From Callorhinchus milii (lineage: Eukaryota), in the NCBI RefSeq assembly GCF_018977255.1, contig NW_024704742.1:92072001-92136000 (forward strand): a stretch of DNA of 64,000 bases, in the 5' to 3' direction. Of the stretch, positions 50,651 to 63,802 are shown piece after piece (position 1 is the first letter of the stretch; every line of letters starts with the position of its first letter). Both the position numbers and the translations under genes were made by a program. The notes below the pieces were generated by a model. The model saw only the letters and a program-made list of their open reading frames with translations, ran no database searches and was not told the origin of the DNA.

Positions 50651-51964
50651 GTTTCTTTTTTGAGATGTCTAGAAGATGTGATAAGGCACTATATTAAATG
50701 CAAGAATTACCATTACCCTGTTATTCAAAGTTACTCAGTTCCTGACCCATTTCAGCCTCACAAATCATGTGTTGTATTGATGCACATCTCTTTTACCCTG
50801 CATCTAAGGGAATGTATATTAGTTTTAAACCCAGTAACAGAAGAAGAGATTGTCTGAAAGTTTACATTTAGTGTCAGCAAGTGGTCGCTTTGAGTTGCTA
50901 TATGACTTCCTTTCTGTTTTACAGCACCTTCTCATTCCAAATAAAATGTATTTTAATGAGCTAATCCTGTCTTATAAATTTTAAGGAATTTGTACTGTCT
51001 TTGTAAACGTCCCCACATGTTGTATATGTTCCCCATGTTGAGACATCTCAAAGCGTTTCACAGAATATATTGTAAAGTGGATTGACTATCTATTTTTTGG
51101 GCGAAGCACAGCAGACAATTGCACACAGCAGTGTCCCAGACTCATGGTTGAAACAGATGTGAAAAGTTGGTATCCCCAGTGGCATGGGCACAGTAGCGAT
51201 CTGCCCCTAACTCCCCCCACCCCCACTCCCTCTTCCCTGTGGAATGTACAGATACGTCTTGAGCCATTAGTTTACAGAGCTCAGTAAATGCCTCATGGGG
51301 CAGTTTTAATATTTGAGTTAAGCCCAGGAAATAAGTAATTGGCCTGTAGACCTGACCCTGTGCAGCTGCCCGGCAGGTCTTCTTGGATCACTTGCGCTGC
51401 TGAGCATGCTGGCTCTCTGCTATGATAGACGCAATCAGAGATTCTGGTAAACTGCATTGTAAATTCAGTAAAAAATTTAATAAAAATTACAACTGAGGAA
51501 AGCTGTCCTATTCGTTGCTATTAGAAGTTACTGGTCTGTTCACTCCAAAAACACTACCTCATTACCTTTTTCTTCAAATTTTCAGCATCTGCAGTATTTT
51601 GTGTTTTGTTTACCTCATTACCTGGAATGGCTGGAGTACATTACTTCCACATATTAAAGCCAGAGAAACCAGGGAGAACAGAACGTGAAACATGAGCCAG
51701 CTTAAAACCTGGCCCTTAAGGAACATAATTAACTGTTCAATACTCATTGGGGGGATAAAAAAAACACAGGGAGAATATAAAGTAATTTAATGCCATCGTG
51801 TAAACAATACTCTCCATGCTCGTTCACATAAAAATCCACATGATGTTAACTTTGTACTGATATAAGAATAACCCTTTAGGATTCGAACTTGGAACCTTCC
51901 TGGACTGTGTGTAGGGACAATAAAGTATGTAAAAATCATTTTAAAAAATGATTTTCACCATAGG

Positions 51965-52205
51965 TCCCGTCCCATGATATTATTCAAAATAGAAGGGAGA
52001 TTCTCCTGGTTTCCTGGCCAACAGTCTCACCAGATAAGAAATTGATCATTGACTTTATGGATGTTTGCAGAACATACTATGTGCAAATTGGCTGCCACGT
52101 TCACCTACAAAATATACAGTGCCTACACGATACAGAAAAACTCTGTGAAGTACTTTGAGAATTGTTGACCTAATAAGGCGCTACATCAGGTGTAACGGAT
52201 TATTT
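51965..52205 (+). mobile_element. Old Deu-SINE 3' half
   Basis: cccatgata...cctggccaac...gtgcaaattggctgccacgttc, then tail. Confidence 0.75.
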
Positions 52206-52647
52206 TAGAAATATCTGTTTTTTGTGAATGTTTAATTGATAAAAAAAATTCCACTTCCAAATTTTCTTCCAAAATGCAACACTCAAATTCTCTGACTTTT
52301 TTCATCTTTTTTAGCTTCCGGGGTGTGTGCACATCATAGTCTTGTCAATTGACATACAAATAGCATACTCATAGATGATCTCTGAATCCCTGTGATGGTG
52401 CTCAAAGATTACATCTGAATCCCTCAGATGATCTCAGTGTAGCACTCTATGTAACCTGCCATGCTCTTGGTACCCAAGTGTGTGAGAACATTTTAATCTT
52501 TAACTTAGTAATTTGTTGGTGAACCTCTGCGATAAATGTAAGCAACTGTGCTTTCAGCCACCTTTCCTCTCGCCTCCTCAGCCCCCATCCCTTCCAAACT
52601 CGGGCTCCCAGTCAGTTGTGTGAAACACAACTTTCTTTCTTTCTTTG

Positions 52648-52730
52648 AATTGTCCTTCAGACAAGAAAGGATCCATATAAATGTTAATTGTCCTTCAGAC
52701 AAAAAAGGATCCATATAAATGTTAATTGTC
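52648..52730 (+). repeat. 38-bp tandem duplication (2.2 copies)
   Basis: aattgtccttcagacaaRaaaggatccatataaatgtt twice, one mismatch. Confidence 0.95.
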
Positions 52731-54218
52731 ATTGAAGTTAAAAGGAGGATAAGTCACATTGGCACCATTGCCAGGATGGACTCTTAATGTAAGATAGCCA
52801 AGCAAAGCTCTTTTGGTTCAGTGCCAATAATTTGTCTTCATCTCCTGCCCTCCAAACACCTCTTAGCTGCACCAATGTAAATTCTTCTGGTTTTGGCTAT
52901 AGCTCTCTTTGCTAACTTGTAAACAGTGTATCCGGTATAGTGACAGATCCTCTAAATGTTGCAATGAGATTGTTCAACTCCATGTGTGTTTAATTGTCCT
53001 GATTTCACATAGGGACTCAGACAGCTGGCAAAGAGAGAAATAAGCCTTTGTTACCATGAGGCTGAGCTAGATTCAAAGCCACATCTTGGAGACATGATAA
53101 TCGACTGCCAACCATAGCACCACTTAGCCCTAAGTGAAGAGTCGGAGGCTTCTACCAAGTCTTCAGAATTTAATCACCAGATCCCTGAAATAGTTCCAAC
53201 AATCTTCTCACGAAACATGTCACATTAGTGTGCAGGCTCATTGCCTTGTTTACCTGTAGAGAACCCGTTTCATTCCCGTTTGAAGAAGATTTTGCATCAG
53301 AAGAACTTGATTACTGTTACTCTCCAACAACATAGTGACTATTTGCAGGGAATTGTTGCCCACAAATTTTAAATATTTTGGACTTGAGCTCATGGTCTTG
53401 GCTGATACAGCAATGCAGTGCTGGGAGAGTATTGCATTGTCAGAGGTGTCGACCATTGGCTCAGACATTAAACTGAGATCCCATCTGCTTGTTCATTAAA
53501 GGTCCCATTACACTGCTTGAAAAGAGAAGGGAGTTGCTCCTGATATCCTGGCCAACAATCCTCCAGATTAATTGAACAACCAGAAAAGCAGAAGAGTCCT
53601 ATATTTAATTTGAAGCACAATTTGAATGTTAGGCAGAAACCTTTTCTCAGACTATTGGGGTTTTCAAATGGCTCATATATCTTATCTTTACTGTTGCACA
53701 AAAAAGAAGTGTTCTCTGTACCTTCCTGCTATTTAAAGAAAAGAAAGACACATCTTGACTGTTCAGCAGTAATAGAGTTTGAGCTGCTGACCAGGTTTGT
53801 TTCCTAAAGCAAAACTATTTGGCATCCCGAGATTTTTTTTTCTTTCCCAGTGTGTGTTTCATCAGTTTGCTAATAAGTTCACATTACGCATGTAAAATCT
53901 TGTCAAATTTGTGTAAAGTTAAAATTAATCTGACAAAATACATAGCAGAACAAAGCATGAAACCATTATTACAATACAATATGAACATATGTATTGAACT
54001 CACCCTTAGGATACAATGAGTATTGTCAGTGAACTCTCTATTCAGATAAACATTTTGAATTCATTCTTTCTCAAGTAGCACTCCTCCCCCTCTTTCTGCA
54101 TATTGACAGCTAAGGCTCATTAAACACCAAACTAGTTAATGGCACATTAAAGTTTAAGATTTGATAGCATAAGTCTGCAAATTATAGATATGCAATTGAT
54201 CGTGCAAGATCTAAGATG

Positions 54219-55570
54219 TCAGCCTGGCTCGGTTGTTCACTCTTGTCTCCGAGTCAGAAGATAGAGGGTTCAAAACTTCAAAGTCAAGATTTTGAGCTTG
54301 TAGTCTATGCTGACGCACCAATGCAGCGTTGAGAATGCAACAACAACAACTTGCATTTATGTAATGCCCTCCATGCCTTGCGGTGTCTCAGAGCGCTTAA
54401 TAATGATGGAGCCCGAGGCCAACTCAGGGGGACGGGGGAGGTGACCGTAGGCACGGTCGAAGAGGAAGATCTTCAGGCACGATCTGAAATTGGGGAAGAA
54501 GGGGGCGAGGTGAAGGGATTGAGGGAGGGAGTTCCAAAGTTTCAGAACCTAGTGGCTGAAGGCATGGTCCCTGATGGTGGAGCAGAGGATTCAGGGGACA
54601 TGGAGGAGGCCGGACCCAGTAGAGCGGAGGCAGCGGTGCATTGCTATGGGGAGAGAGGAGGTGGGGTGCCAAGGAATGGAGGGATGGATTTGAACACTAG
54701 TGCGAGGATCTTGAAGGCGATCCACTGTGTGACAGGGAGCCAGTGGAGTTTGGCAAGGACTGGAGTAATTGGAGTTTGAAGTTTGGTGTGGGTAAGAATG
54801 GAGGCAGCGGAGTTTTGAATGAGTTGAATTTTGTGAATAGTGGAGGACTGGAGACCGATGAGGAGGGCGTTAGAGTAGTCCAGCCAAGAGGTGACAAAGG
54901 CATGGACAAGGGTTTCAGCAGCTTTTGAGTTGAAGTATTGTCGAAGATGGGCAATGTGGCAGAGGTGGAAGAAAGCGGTGCTGGTCAGGGACCAGATGTG
55001 GGGGAGGGAGGATAACTGGGGATCGAACCTGACGCCTAAGTTGCGCACTGGTTCAGAGAGTTTTAAGGACAGGTCGGGTAGGTTGAGGAGGTCGGAACCG
55101 TGGGACTGAAGACATCGACGAGAGCCAAAGAGTACGGCTTCTTGTTGATGTTTAATTACAGGAAATTTGTGCTCATCCAGCTTCTGATGTCCAACAGACA
55201 AGTTGACAGAACATCAGGGGACTGGGGGCCACAGCTGTAAGTGGCAAAGTGGAGTTGAGTGTCATCTGCATACATGTGGAAGTTAACCCTGTGTCTGCAG
55301 ATGGCATCACCAAGGGGGAGCATATAGATGAGGAAGAGAAGGAGGCCAAGGATGGATTCTTGGGGTAGTCCGCAGGTGACTGGGTGGAAGCAAGGAACAA
55401 TGCAGCATTGTTAGAGGTGCTATCCTTTGCATGAGACATTAAACTTGTCTGCCTTTTCAGGTGGACAAGATCTAATGGCATGATTCAAAAAGAGAAGAGA
55501 GTTCCTTCCAGTGTTCTGGCCAACAAACCCCAGATACAAAATTGATCTTTCACTTCATGGCTGTTTGGTG
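54219..55570 (+). mobile_element. Old Deu-SINE split by an L2 insertion
   Basis: Head at 54219-54339; body resumes at 55399-55570. Confidence 0.8.
54340..55398 (-). mobile_element. L2 LINE ~1.06-kb 3' portion (RT C-terminal half) with AATGCA target-site duplication
   Basis: [10 protein letters not shown] (ttccacatgtatgcagatgacactcaactc on the reverse strand) and VRNLGVRFD...AAETLVHAFVTSWLDYSNALL...LHWLPV; frameshifts. Confidence 0.95.
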
Positions 55571-55574
55571 CTTC

Positions 55575-57420
55575 AATCCTGTCTCCACTTCATCCCTCTC
55601 CTCCCTCAACCACACGTGAAACCCATCACCTGCTCCCTTGATCACATTCTCACACCTCTACTGACCATTCAGCTTCCTCTCCTCTCTCCCCTGACAACTA
55701 ACAATATCAATATGTTCCTCTCAACTGGTGCAGTACAGCCCTTTTCAAAACTGCTATCATCACCACCATCTCATTCTCAAGAACCCCCTCCATGCTAACC
55801 AGTTACCAGTCTCCAAACTGTCCTTTTCTCCCCAAGGTGCAGGCATGAATTGTTGCTTCCCAACCTCACTCCTACCACTTACTTTTCAAGTACCTCCAAT
55901 CCAATTTCCACCCTCCCCTTAGCATCAAGACCGCCCCAATTAAAACCACTAATAACATTCTCTCCACCTGCAATCAGGGATCCCTTTGCCTACTTGCTTT
56001 TCCTTGACCTCTCTGCTACCTTTGACACCATCAACCATTCCATCTTTCTCTATCTTTCCCTCTTCTCTGTTCCAACAGTTCTGACCTTTCTCTCTTTCAC
56101 TTTTACCTATCCCAGTGTCTTGATTTTGTCTTCCAATCACTTCTCTCATGTCACATTGGCCATTTCAGTTGTCTTCTTTTTCACCAGTTACGTGCCTCCC
56201 GTTGCAGGTGATCTGCAATCAAGGGATCCACTTCCACATGAATAAGGATGATATCCAACTCTATCTCTCTGCCTTTATTATCAATCCAGGACTACTGCTG
56301 TTCTGACCGATTGTCTGTCCGACATCAATTGTGGATGAGAGCTAATTTTATGCACCTCGACGTTGACCACACCCAAGCTCTCTTGCTTGGCACCCATCAG
56401 CACCTTCCTACCTCAAATGTGACCACTTCAATCTGTGACACCATCAGTGGGCAAGTCTTCAATCATTCGGGCCCCATTCTCTGGAAATCCATTATGGAAA
56501 TCCTTCACCTCACCCTCTACCTCCCTGGTTGAAGAACCATTTATGATCTATCTTTTCAACCATGATTTCAACAACAACAACTTGGATTTATATAGAGCCC
56601 TCCAGACCGGACGGCATCTCAGAGCGCTTTACAGTAACGGATCCCGGAGCCCAGCCAGGGGGAGGGGGAGGAAGGTGACCAAAGGCGCGGTCAAAAAGAA
56701 AGGTCTTCAGCAGAGACCTGAAAATGGGAAGGGAGGGAGCGAGACGAAGGGAGTGAGGAAGGCAGTTCCAGAACCTCGGGACATAGTGGCGACCTGAGGA
56801 CTCAGGGGACGAGGAGGAGGCCAAACCCGGAGGAACGAAGGCAACGGGTGCTGTTTTGAGGAGAGAGGAGGTCAGAGAGGTAGGGGGGGTGCAGAGGAGT
56901 GCAGGGACTTGGATATGAGGGTGAGGATCTTGAAGTCGATCCTCTCTGGGATAGGCTGCCAGAGCAGTCTGGCAAGGACTGGGGTGATCGGGGAGCAGAG
57001 TTTCGTGTGGGTGAGAATGTGGGCGGCAGAATTTTGAATGATTTGGATTTTATGGATGGTAATGGATGGGAGACCGGCGAGGAGGGCGCTAGAGTAGTCC
57101 AGCCGAGAGGTGACAAAGGCATGGACCAGGGTTTCAGCGGCTTTTGGAGTGAGGTATTGGCGGAGACAGGCGATGCGTCGGAAGTGGAAGAAACCGGTGC
57201 TAGTGAGAGACAGGATGTGGGCGAGGAAGGATAATTGGGATCGAACTTGAGGCCTAGATTGCGTACGGGTTTGGAGAGTTTTAGGGGTTTTAGAAATTTC
57301 AGCCACCTTTCTACTACCATTAACTATCCCCACACCTTGCTTCCAGTGAGTTGTGTGAAGCTCTTTGGGAGGTCCTCCTCATGTGAAATGTGCTGCATAA
57401 ATGTACATTGTTGTTGTTTG
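55575..57420 (+). mobile_element. Old, decayed L2 split by a younger L2 at 56571-57295
   Basis: LLFLDLSATFDTINHSI RT motif at ~55993-56043; 3' UTR resumes at 57296 and ends (ttg)n near 57420. Confidence 0.8.
56571..57295 (-). mobile_element. L2 LINE 3' fragment with ATTTCA target-site duplication
   Basis: AAETLVHAFVTSRLDYSSALLAGLP...QIIQNSAAHIL...RIDFKIL; ATTTCA at 56565-56570 and 57296-57301. Confidence 0.95.
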
Positions 57421-58149
57421 TCCAGCACCTTGGGATGTCCTCCTGACATAAAAGGCACTATACAAATGTAATTTGGTAATTGTATTGTTTGTGAAGTATT
57501 GCTGTGTGCAAATTGATTACTGCATCCACCTACAAATACACAGTCACTACACTTTAATGTAAATCCTTTGAAGCATTTTAACACTGTGATAAGACACAAT
57601 ATCAAATACAAGGATACAAATAAAAGTGCAAGGATTATTATTGGCCAGAAAAAAGTTTAAAAAGGAATCCTAGTAAAGGTCTATAGAATAAGCGTAATCT
57701 GATAAAATCAATCGTGGTGCTCTGCCGAGAATGGTCAGCTTGAAAGAAAATATAACATGACGGTCTGTGCTGAGAGATCATTAAAGATCAGGGTTCCAAA
57801 TACTGTAGCATGTTTAATATACTGAGCACTCTTTCAATTGTTTTTTTNAGTGTTTGTCATCTGTACAGGAAAAAAAATTGCTTCCCATATCTTCAAGATC
57901 AGTGATCTCTCCAAAGTGATCATTAACTTCCATTTGTTGCTAAATCATAGCATCATATTTGCTGGCTGAGATGACATGGGAGTTCTATGGGTAATAACTT
58001 GTCAGAGTATGACAACACATAGGAAACTATTATTTTGCTTGATAATGATGGGAAACGTTTTTGTGAACTCTGAATTTAATTTGACAAATATTCCCACTTG
58101 TGACATTTGTAAGATTTCATGTATTTTAATTAGTAATGTGACTTTATTG

Positions 58150-58583
58150 TAACAATAATCCTTACAACTGATATAATGTCGTTCACATCGGAAGATCATC
58201 GAAAAGTACTTCACAGAATTCACTGTAAAGTGTAATTTGCAGTGTACATGATTGATACTTTTTATAGGTGAATGTGGCAGCCAGTTTACTCACAGTAATG
58301 TCCCACAAATAGCCATAAAGTGAATGACCAACTTTATTTGAGGAATCGTTGACCAGGGGAATCCATCTGTTTTTGAATCGTGCCATGGGATCTTTAATAT
58401 CCAACTGAACAGGCAGACTGGACTCGGTTTAATGTCGCATCCACAGGACGGCACCTCAGACAGCTCCCATCGCATTGTATTGGAATGTCAGTCTCGTCTG
58501 TGAGAGCAAAGTCCTTATGCGGGGCATGTATCCACAACTTTCTAACTCAGAGGACAGAATGTTAGCAACTGAGTCAAGCTGAT
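58150..58583 (-). mobile_element. Old Deu-SINE, full length
   Basis: Reverse strand has head tcagcttgactcagttgctaac, body, Deu core and tail. Confidence 0.88.
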
Positions 58584-60739
58584 GCCCTATTAATTCTCTA
58601 GTGACAAATATATGCTTCTATAAAATGCAAAACATTCGTTTTTAAACTCTTTTATTGCAGAGATGAAAGGATAGCACATGATAGCAATGCTGGCAATGTA
58701 CAATTAGTTGGACAAAAGTTTTCAGTGCAGAGCTTTCCTTTTACTAAAACAAATCAATATTTTAATCCCCCAAATGTCTCTATTGTAGTGCATGGATTAA
58801 ATGGAAAAAATTATTTAAAAGAACAATTCAAAGATATCATGAAGTTGGTAGCCCTTTCCTCCACAATTAGTATTATTGGGATCACCTCATTTCCAGTGCT
58901 GAAAGATCAAGGTAAGAAATTCTGCTTGCCGGTTTTGATTAGAGCCAAGGGAACCATCCTTAGAACTTGAAGTTCAAAGAAGTGGACTCCAGTATTCATC
59001 TGACATAGCAGACACACTGTTTGAATGGAAACATGTCTAAAATGAAAGGGGTAAATGAGTGTGGAAAACTGCATAATACCAATTGGTGGAAGCCAAACCT
59101 CTCATTTTAATAGGAGAGAAAGACCCTTCTCCACATCCCCCACCACCAGTCCCATTAATCTTTTAAGAAAAAAAAGGTCCTCCCATATTATCATAATATT
59201 TTAATAAAGACGTGTTGTAATCTTAAAAAAATTAGGAACTTTGTTTTCCCGAAAAAATAATTCCTCATTCATTCTGTTTCCCTCATAATCTGTGTAACAC
59301 TAATGCTAGTTTTGATCTTTCTTATTGTAATGGAGATTAGCAAGATAGGAACACACCATCAGGAGGAAGTCGTTCACCCCATTGAACCGTTTCCTCAGAG
59401 TGTGGAAGTTCTTTACATTTTTAATCCATGCAAAAGTTGAATATCCTGATAAGAAACATATACGGCATATGTGAAATTGGTTGTACATATCACCAATGCT
59501 CACATTTGGTTTGACTCAATGCTCAGCTTGACTGTTCCAATAAATTGCGCAAAACTTTATCAACAATGGTCAGGCTTTTCAATTGTTTCAAGGCTTCCTG
59601 TTCCATGGACCATCAATATGCTTTCTCATTCTGTTGGCTGAACATCAAATCGTTTCCTTGAAATAGACAAGGTTTTTTTTCAGGCATTACTTGGATCATA
59701 GTCAACAGAGTACATTGTTAAGACACATGCAAGCATGGGGGAGGGTCACTGTTGACTTGGCAAGCCCTCTTGTGTTCTTGTGTAAAATGTATTCAACATT
59801 ATGCTTCAGAACACCATCAAACTGGATGTGAATCTATGAGATCCAGCAATCTTCCCACACACATCTTGGTGATCATAGTTAACTTATCTTATGACGACCC
59901 ACTTTTCATTTTGTCATTCTTACTCTCTAAGTTGTTGTAAATGTAACTAAATGTTCTAAGGAAATGGATTATATTTCAACGGTATATTGTGCGTGTCTGT
60001 GTTTATTCATTTGTTTCTATTAAATTTCCTTGTCATGCCAGAAATCAAGATGTGCCAAAAAAAAGGTAAAAACAATTCCAGATACTTTTCATGCCTTATG
60101 ATGGTTTTTGCTCAGGTCACATTGAATAACCATTTTAGATGGAGCAGCTGCTGTAAGAGAGAATTACTGATCTTGCAAAAGTTGATCATCAACCTGTGTT
60201 CCTGAAATGTTTATGATACTATAGGTCATAAAAAAGCACTGGGATGCATGCCATTCTCCACCTGGCGGAAGAAGCTAGCAAACTAGTCAACTGAAGCTTG
60301 GAATTGACAGTGCTTATCACATTGAACATTGTACATCCATATGGACTTATGATCATATGATCCATAGTAGAATGTTTTAAATGCATTAGAAATATCCATT
60401 ATCAATCTGTGTAGTCAGTTGGATCTGAGAGAAGCCACTCAAATACAAGTGAGAAAAAGTTGTGAGTGATGACTATAACTGTGGGTTGTCATGTGTACCT
60501 GTATAATTCCTCTGTGCTATACACTTCAGACACTCAACAAGGTTTGAGACAGGAAAAAGAATGGAACTCTTTTCTATTTTAGCACTAATTCCCATATCAA
60601 GAAAAAATCGAGCCAAATTTATTTCTTCTGTCCACCCACAATGTTGTGCTTTAGTTGTATCAAAGAAAGGGTGCTTTATTCTGACTTTTCAAGTTTACTT
60701 AAACTACTAACCAGCATTTCAATGCCTTGATCTGTGCCA

Positions 60740-60985
60740 TCCAAAGGTCTGGGTCTGGGACACAGCCTTGCATGATAGGTGCTGAATACATGCAAGTTGT
60801 TGTTGTTCTAGTGGCTGCTTTCTGGGACACAACATTCGAAAGAATTTGGGGTGGGGAAGAGGAAACACCTCTGCCTGTAACATAACAACAACAACAACAA
60901 AATTACATTTGTATCTCACCTTTCACGTCGGGAGGATATCGCAAGGCCCTGGACAGTCAGAGTTTCGGACCCGAGCTGGGTCAGG
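60740..60985. mobile_element. Two convergent L2 3' tails (+ ~60740-60808; - 60884-60985)
   Basis: gcaagttgttgttg and (CAA)n-aattacatttgta...tttcacgtcgggagga. Confidence 0.7.
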
Positions 60986-62009
60986 AGACCAGTCCATGTG
61001 TTGAATAGCATAAAGTCACTAAATGAAACACAAGGGATAATTCACACATCAGTGTTAAATAACACAGCCCAAGAGTAACAGTAATTATATATATTTTTAA
61101 CAGTAATTTCGGCAGGATTGCTAGATATGGTGTATCCTACTGTGTATATGGTTTGCCATTGTGTGAATTAGCATTCTTGAATTTGCAAAATGCCGTTTGT
61201 GAGTTTGATTTCAAACTTATCTCAACGGATCACATCACTGAAACTCAAGGATCACATGTTTTCTAGCATTGCAACTGGAAATCCTGCACTTTTAAGATAT
61301 GGTGGATTTATAATTGCCAAATACATCACGTTCAAATCTTGGAACAAAAACTTTGCATGCTTTTATTTCAAATTTCTGGGAGCATTGCCCTGGCAATCTG
61401 CTACATCTGCACCCCACATGGGTATTTTTTTGCAAATCACAAGAAGAACAAAAAGTCATCCTTTAATTTTTCTGTGTGCTGCAGTAGTACAAAATGGAGA
61501 ATAATATTTCATTGATTTATAACATTCTCAGAGTACAGTTTGCCTCGTCTGATGAATGAATCACCCTATAATAATGTTGAAGAGTAATTTTCACTGTGCT
61601 GTGTTTTGTGTAACTGGGGATTTTCTCTGATGTTTCCTACGGCCAGTAACTGAAAGGTGATGGCGACAATGTTGGAAGAATGAAGTGTTAGAATTCTTGT
61701 TTCCATTGATGACCTTTATTACTGAGACAGTATCATAAATCATACAAGGGCCATTTTCCTCCTGTGGGTAATATTTATGAATGAATAGCAACAGGAGGAA
61801 AATCTGAGTTTTAGTGTTACAGACAATCTGCCTGTTTAAAGAAATTGCAAGTTTTCTCTCAGTGCTGGAAGTGGTCACTGAAAACACAGTTGAAAATACC
61901 AATTAAAACTAAAATTGGTCTTGGAAGCTAATTAAACTGCAAACTCAACATTCTTCTTCTGCTTCGGAGATTTATGAAACATGGGAAGTAATCAATAAGT
62001 CTGAGATAA

Positions 62010-62130
62010 TAATAGTAATAATAATAATAATCCTTACATTTGATAAAGCGCCTTATCATGTTGTTGAGGCGACTCAAAGTGCTTTGAAGAATATATTGTA
62101 AAGCGGACTGTGTATTTTGTGGGCAAAACT
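62010..62130 (-). mobile_element. Young SINE 3' fragment
   Basis: (AAT)n-ccttacatttgataaagcgcc...gaatatattgtaaag. Confidence 0.8.
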
Positions 62131-62139
62131 CACAATATG

Positions 62140-62457
62140 GAGTCCTGTAGCTCAGTGGTTAGAGCACTCGCTTTGCAAGCGAGAGACCTGGGTTCAATTC
62201 CTGCCAGGATGAAACCTTGGGCAACTTTCCTTACTCCACACTCCTGATAATAATCCCTCAAGAAAAAAAACAATAATAAATTGGTCATTTCAATCCACAA
62301 CAAACCATGTTTGTAGGATATTGCTGTGCGCATTTGGCTGCCGCATTTCGCTCACAAATATACAGTCAGTTCACTTTACATTCTATTCTGTGAAGCGCTT
62401 TGAGACATCTAGAAAATGTGAAAAGCGCTATATCAAATGCAAGGATTATTATTATTA
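62140..62457 (+). mobile_element. Young tRNA(Ala)-like SINE, short variant, full length
   Basis: gagtcctgtagctcagtggttagagca, ctcgc-TTTGCAA-gcgag, ggttcaattcc; Deu core; (ATT)n. Confidence 0.93.
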
Positions 62458-63539
62458 ATGTTTTACATATATCTATATAATATATAAAATATATATATTA
62501 TATAACATATAATAAATGTGTTGGTAGAGGGCTGAGATTCCAGCAGATTGTGTTAAGACTTTTTTTAATAAAATGTCATAAAAAGGTAATTATAGCAACC
62601 ATTATATTGTCAAAGGAGCAAAGGGCGAAAAGGATGTAAGTAGCGATTCACAGAATATTCTGTGCACAAGCCATCTGTGGGCGAAGGACAACGAGCTCAG
62701 TGAACCTCACTAATCCTGGCTTCCTTCAATTTTATGGTAATAATGATGGGAATGCTGATGCTAGATTCTAAAGTGACCACAACACAATAATGAGAATCTA
62801 GGCACAGTGATCACTGCCAAAATCCTGTACGGACAAAATTGTGATATCAAATTATCATGGAAAAAAAAACATTTTCAGAATATTCCAGCTCAAGTTATGC
62901 CTATTTTGTGTATGTTGCTTCAGTAAAAATAATAAAAGAAAAATCTGATCCACCCAACCTTACTTCAACGCCCCAATGCCCAGGAAACTTTGCTGTTTGT
63001 GTAGACAGTGCATGAAATGAGAAAAAAAGAAGCGCTTATAAAATGAAGGTTATTTTCTCCCTATTTTAAAATTAATATTCATTTTCTCATATCTCTTTAA
63101 GCTCTTTCTCTTAGGTTTCTTTTTGCGATCAATAGGTTAGTCAAGCCGCCAGCTTATACACCTCTCCCAAAGTTTCTCTCCAACCTTTGTTTTTCTCCTC
63201 GGCTCTGTAGCCTCAACTCCCTTGTGATCAGGAACGCTCGATGTAGGGAGTCTCTGTTCCCATTCCTGGACTCCACAGTGAGGCTTACTTTTCAATTGAG
63301 AAATAATATTTCTCTCTTTCAAATCATACATGAATTCTACATTGGTGTATGTGTTGTTCCCTGACTGTCTAGTACCTTGGGACATCCTCCTGACGTGAAA
63401 GGTTATACAAATGTAATTTGTTGTTCTTGTTGTTTGGTGGTTATTGCAGGAGATTGTCAGGAGTGCAGCTGCAATGGGGTACACAGTAGGAGGTGCTGTC
63501 CTCCAAATGAGGTACTGTATGCTTGTTTAATACTTTAAA

Positions 63540-63800
63540 ACTTTAATGTCAGTAGAACAAGAGGACATACGTTTAGAGTTGCAAAGGGCAATTTCAGGAA
63601 AGATGACGGCAAGGTTTGCTTTATGCAAAGGCTAATTAATTCCTGGAACAGGTTGTCAGCTAAGGTGGTAGAGGCCAGGACTCCAGGCTCATTTAAAAAG
63701 CAGGTTGATATAGCGATGGGGGAAAGGTAGGGTGGGTGTTCTGGAAGGATGAGATCAGATGGGCCGAAGGGCCTTCTTCATTCAGACCAATCTTGTGACT
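63540..63800 (+). mobile_element. CR1 3' end
   Basis: Close to 21560-21805; ends cagaccaatcttgtga. Confidence 0.88.
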
Positions 63801-63802
63801 TG

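Noticed and set aside
54351..57333. Functional reverse transcriptase genes
   Set aside because: All L2 copies are 5'-truncated and frameshifted; the plus-strand ORFs are antisense shadows
57848..57848. Single N base
   Set aside because: Assembly ambiguity next to a poly-T run, not biological
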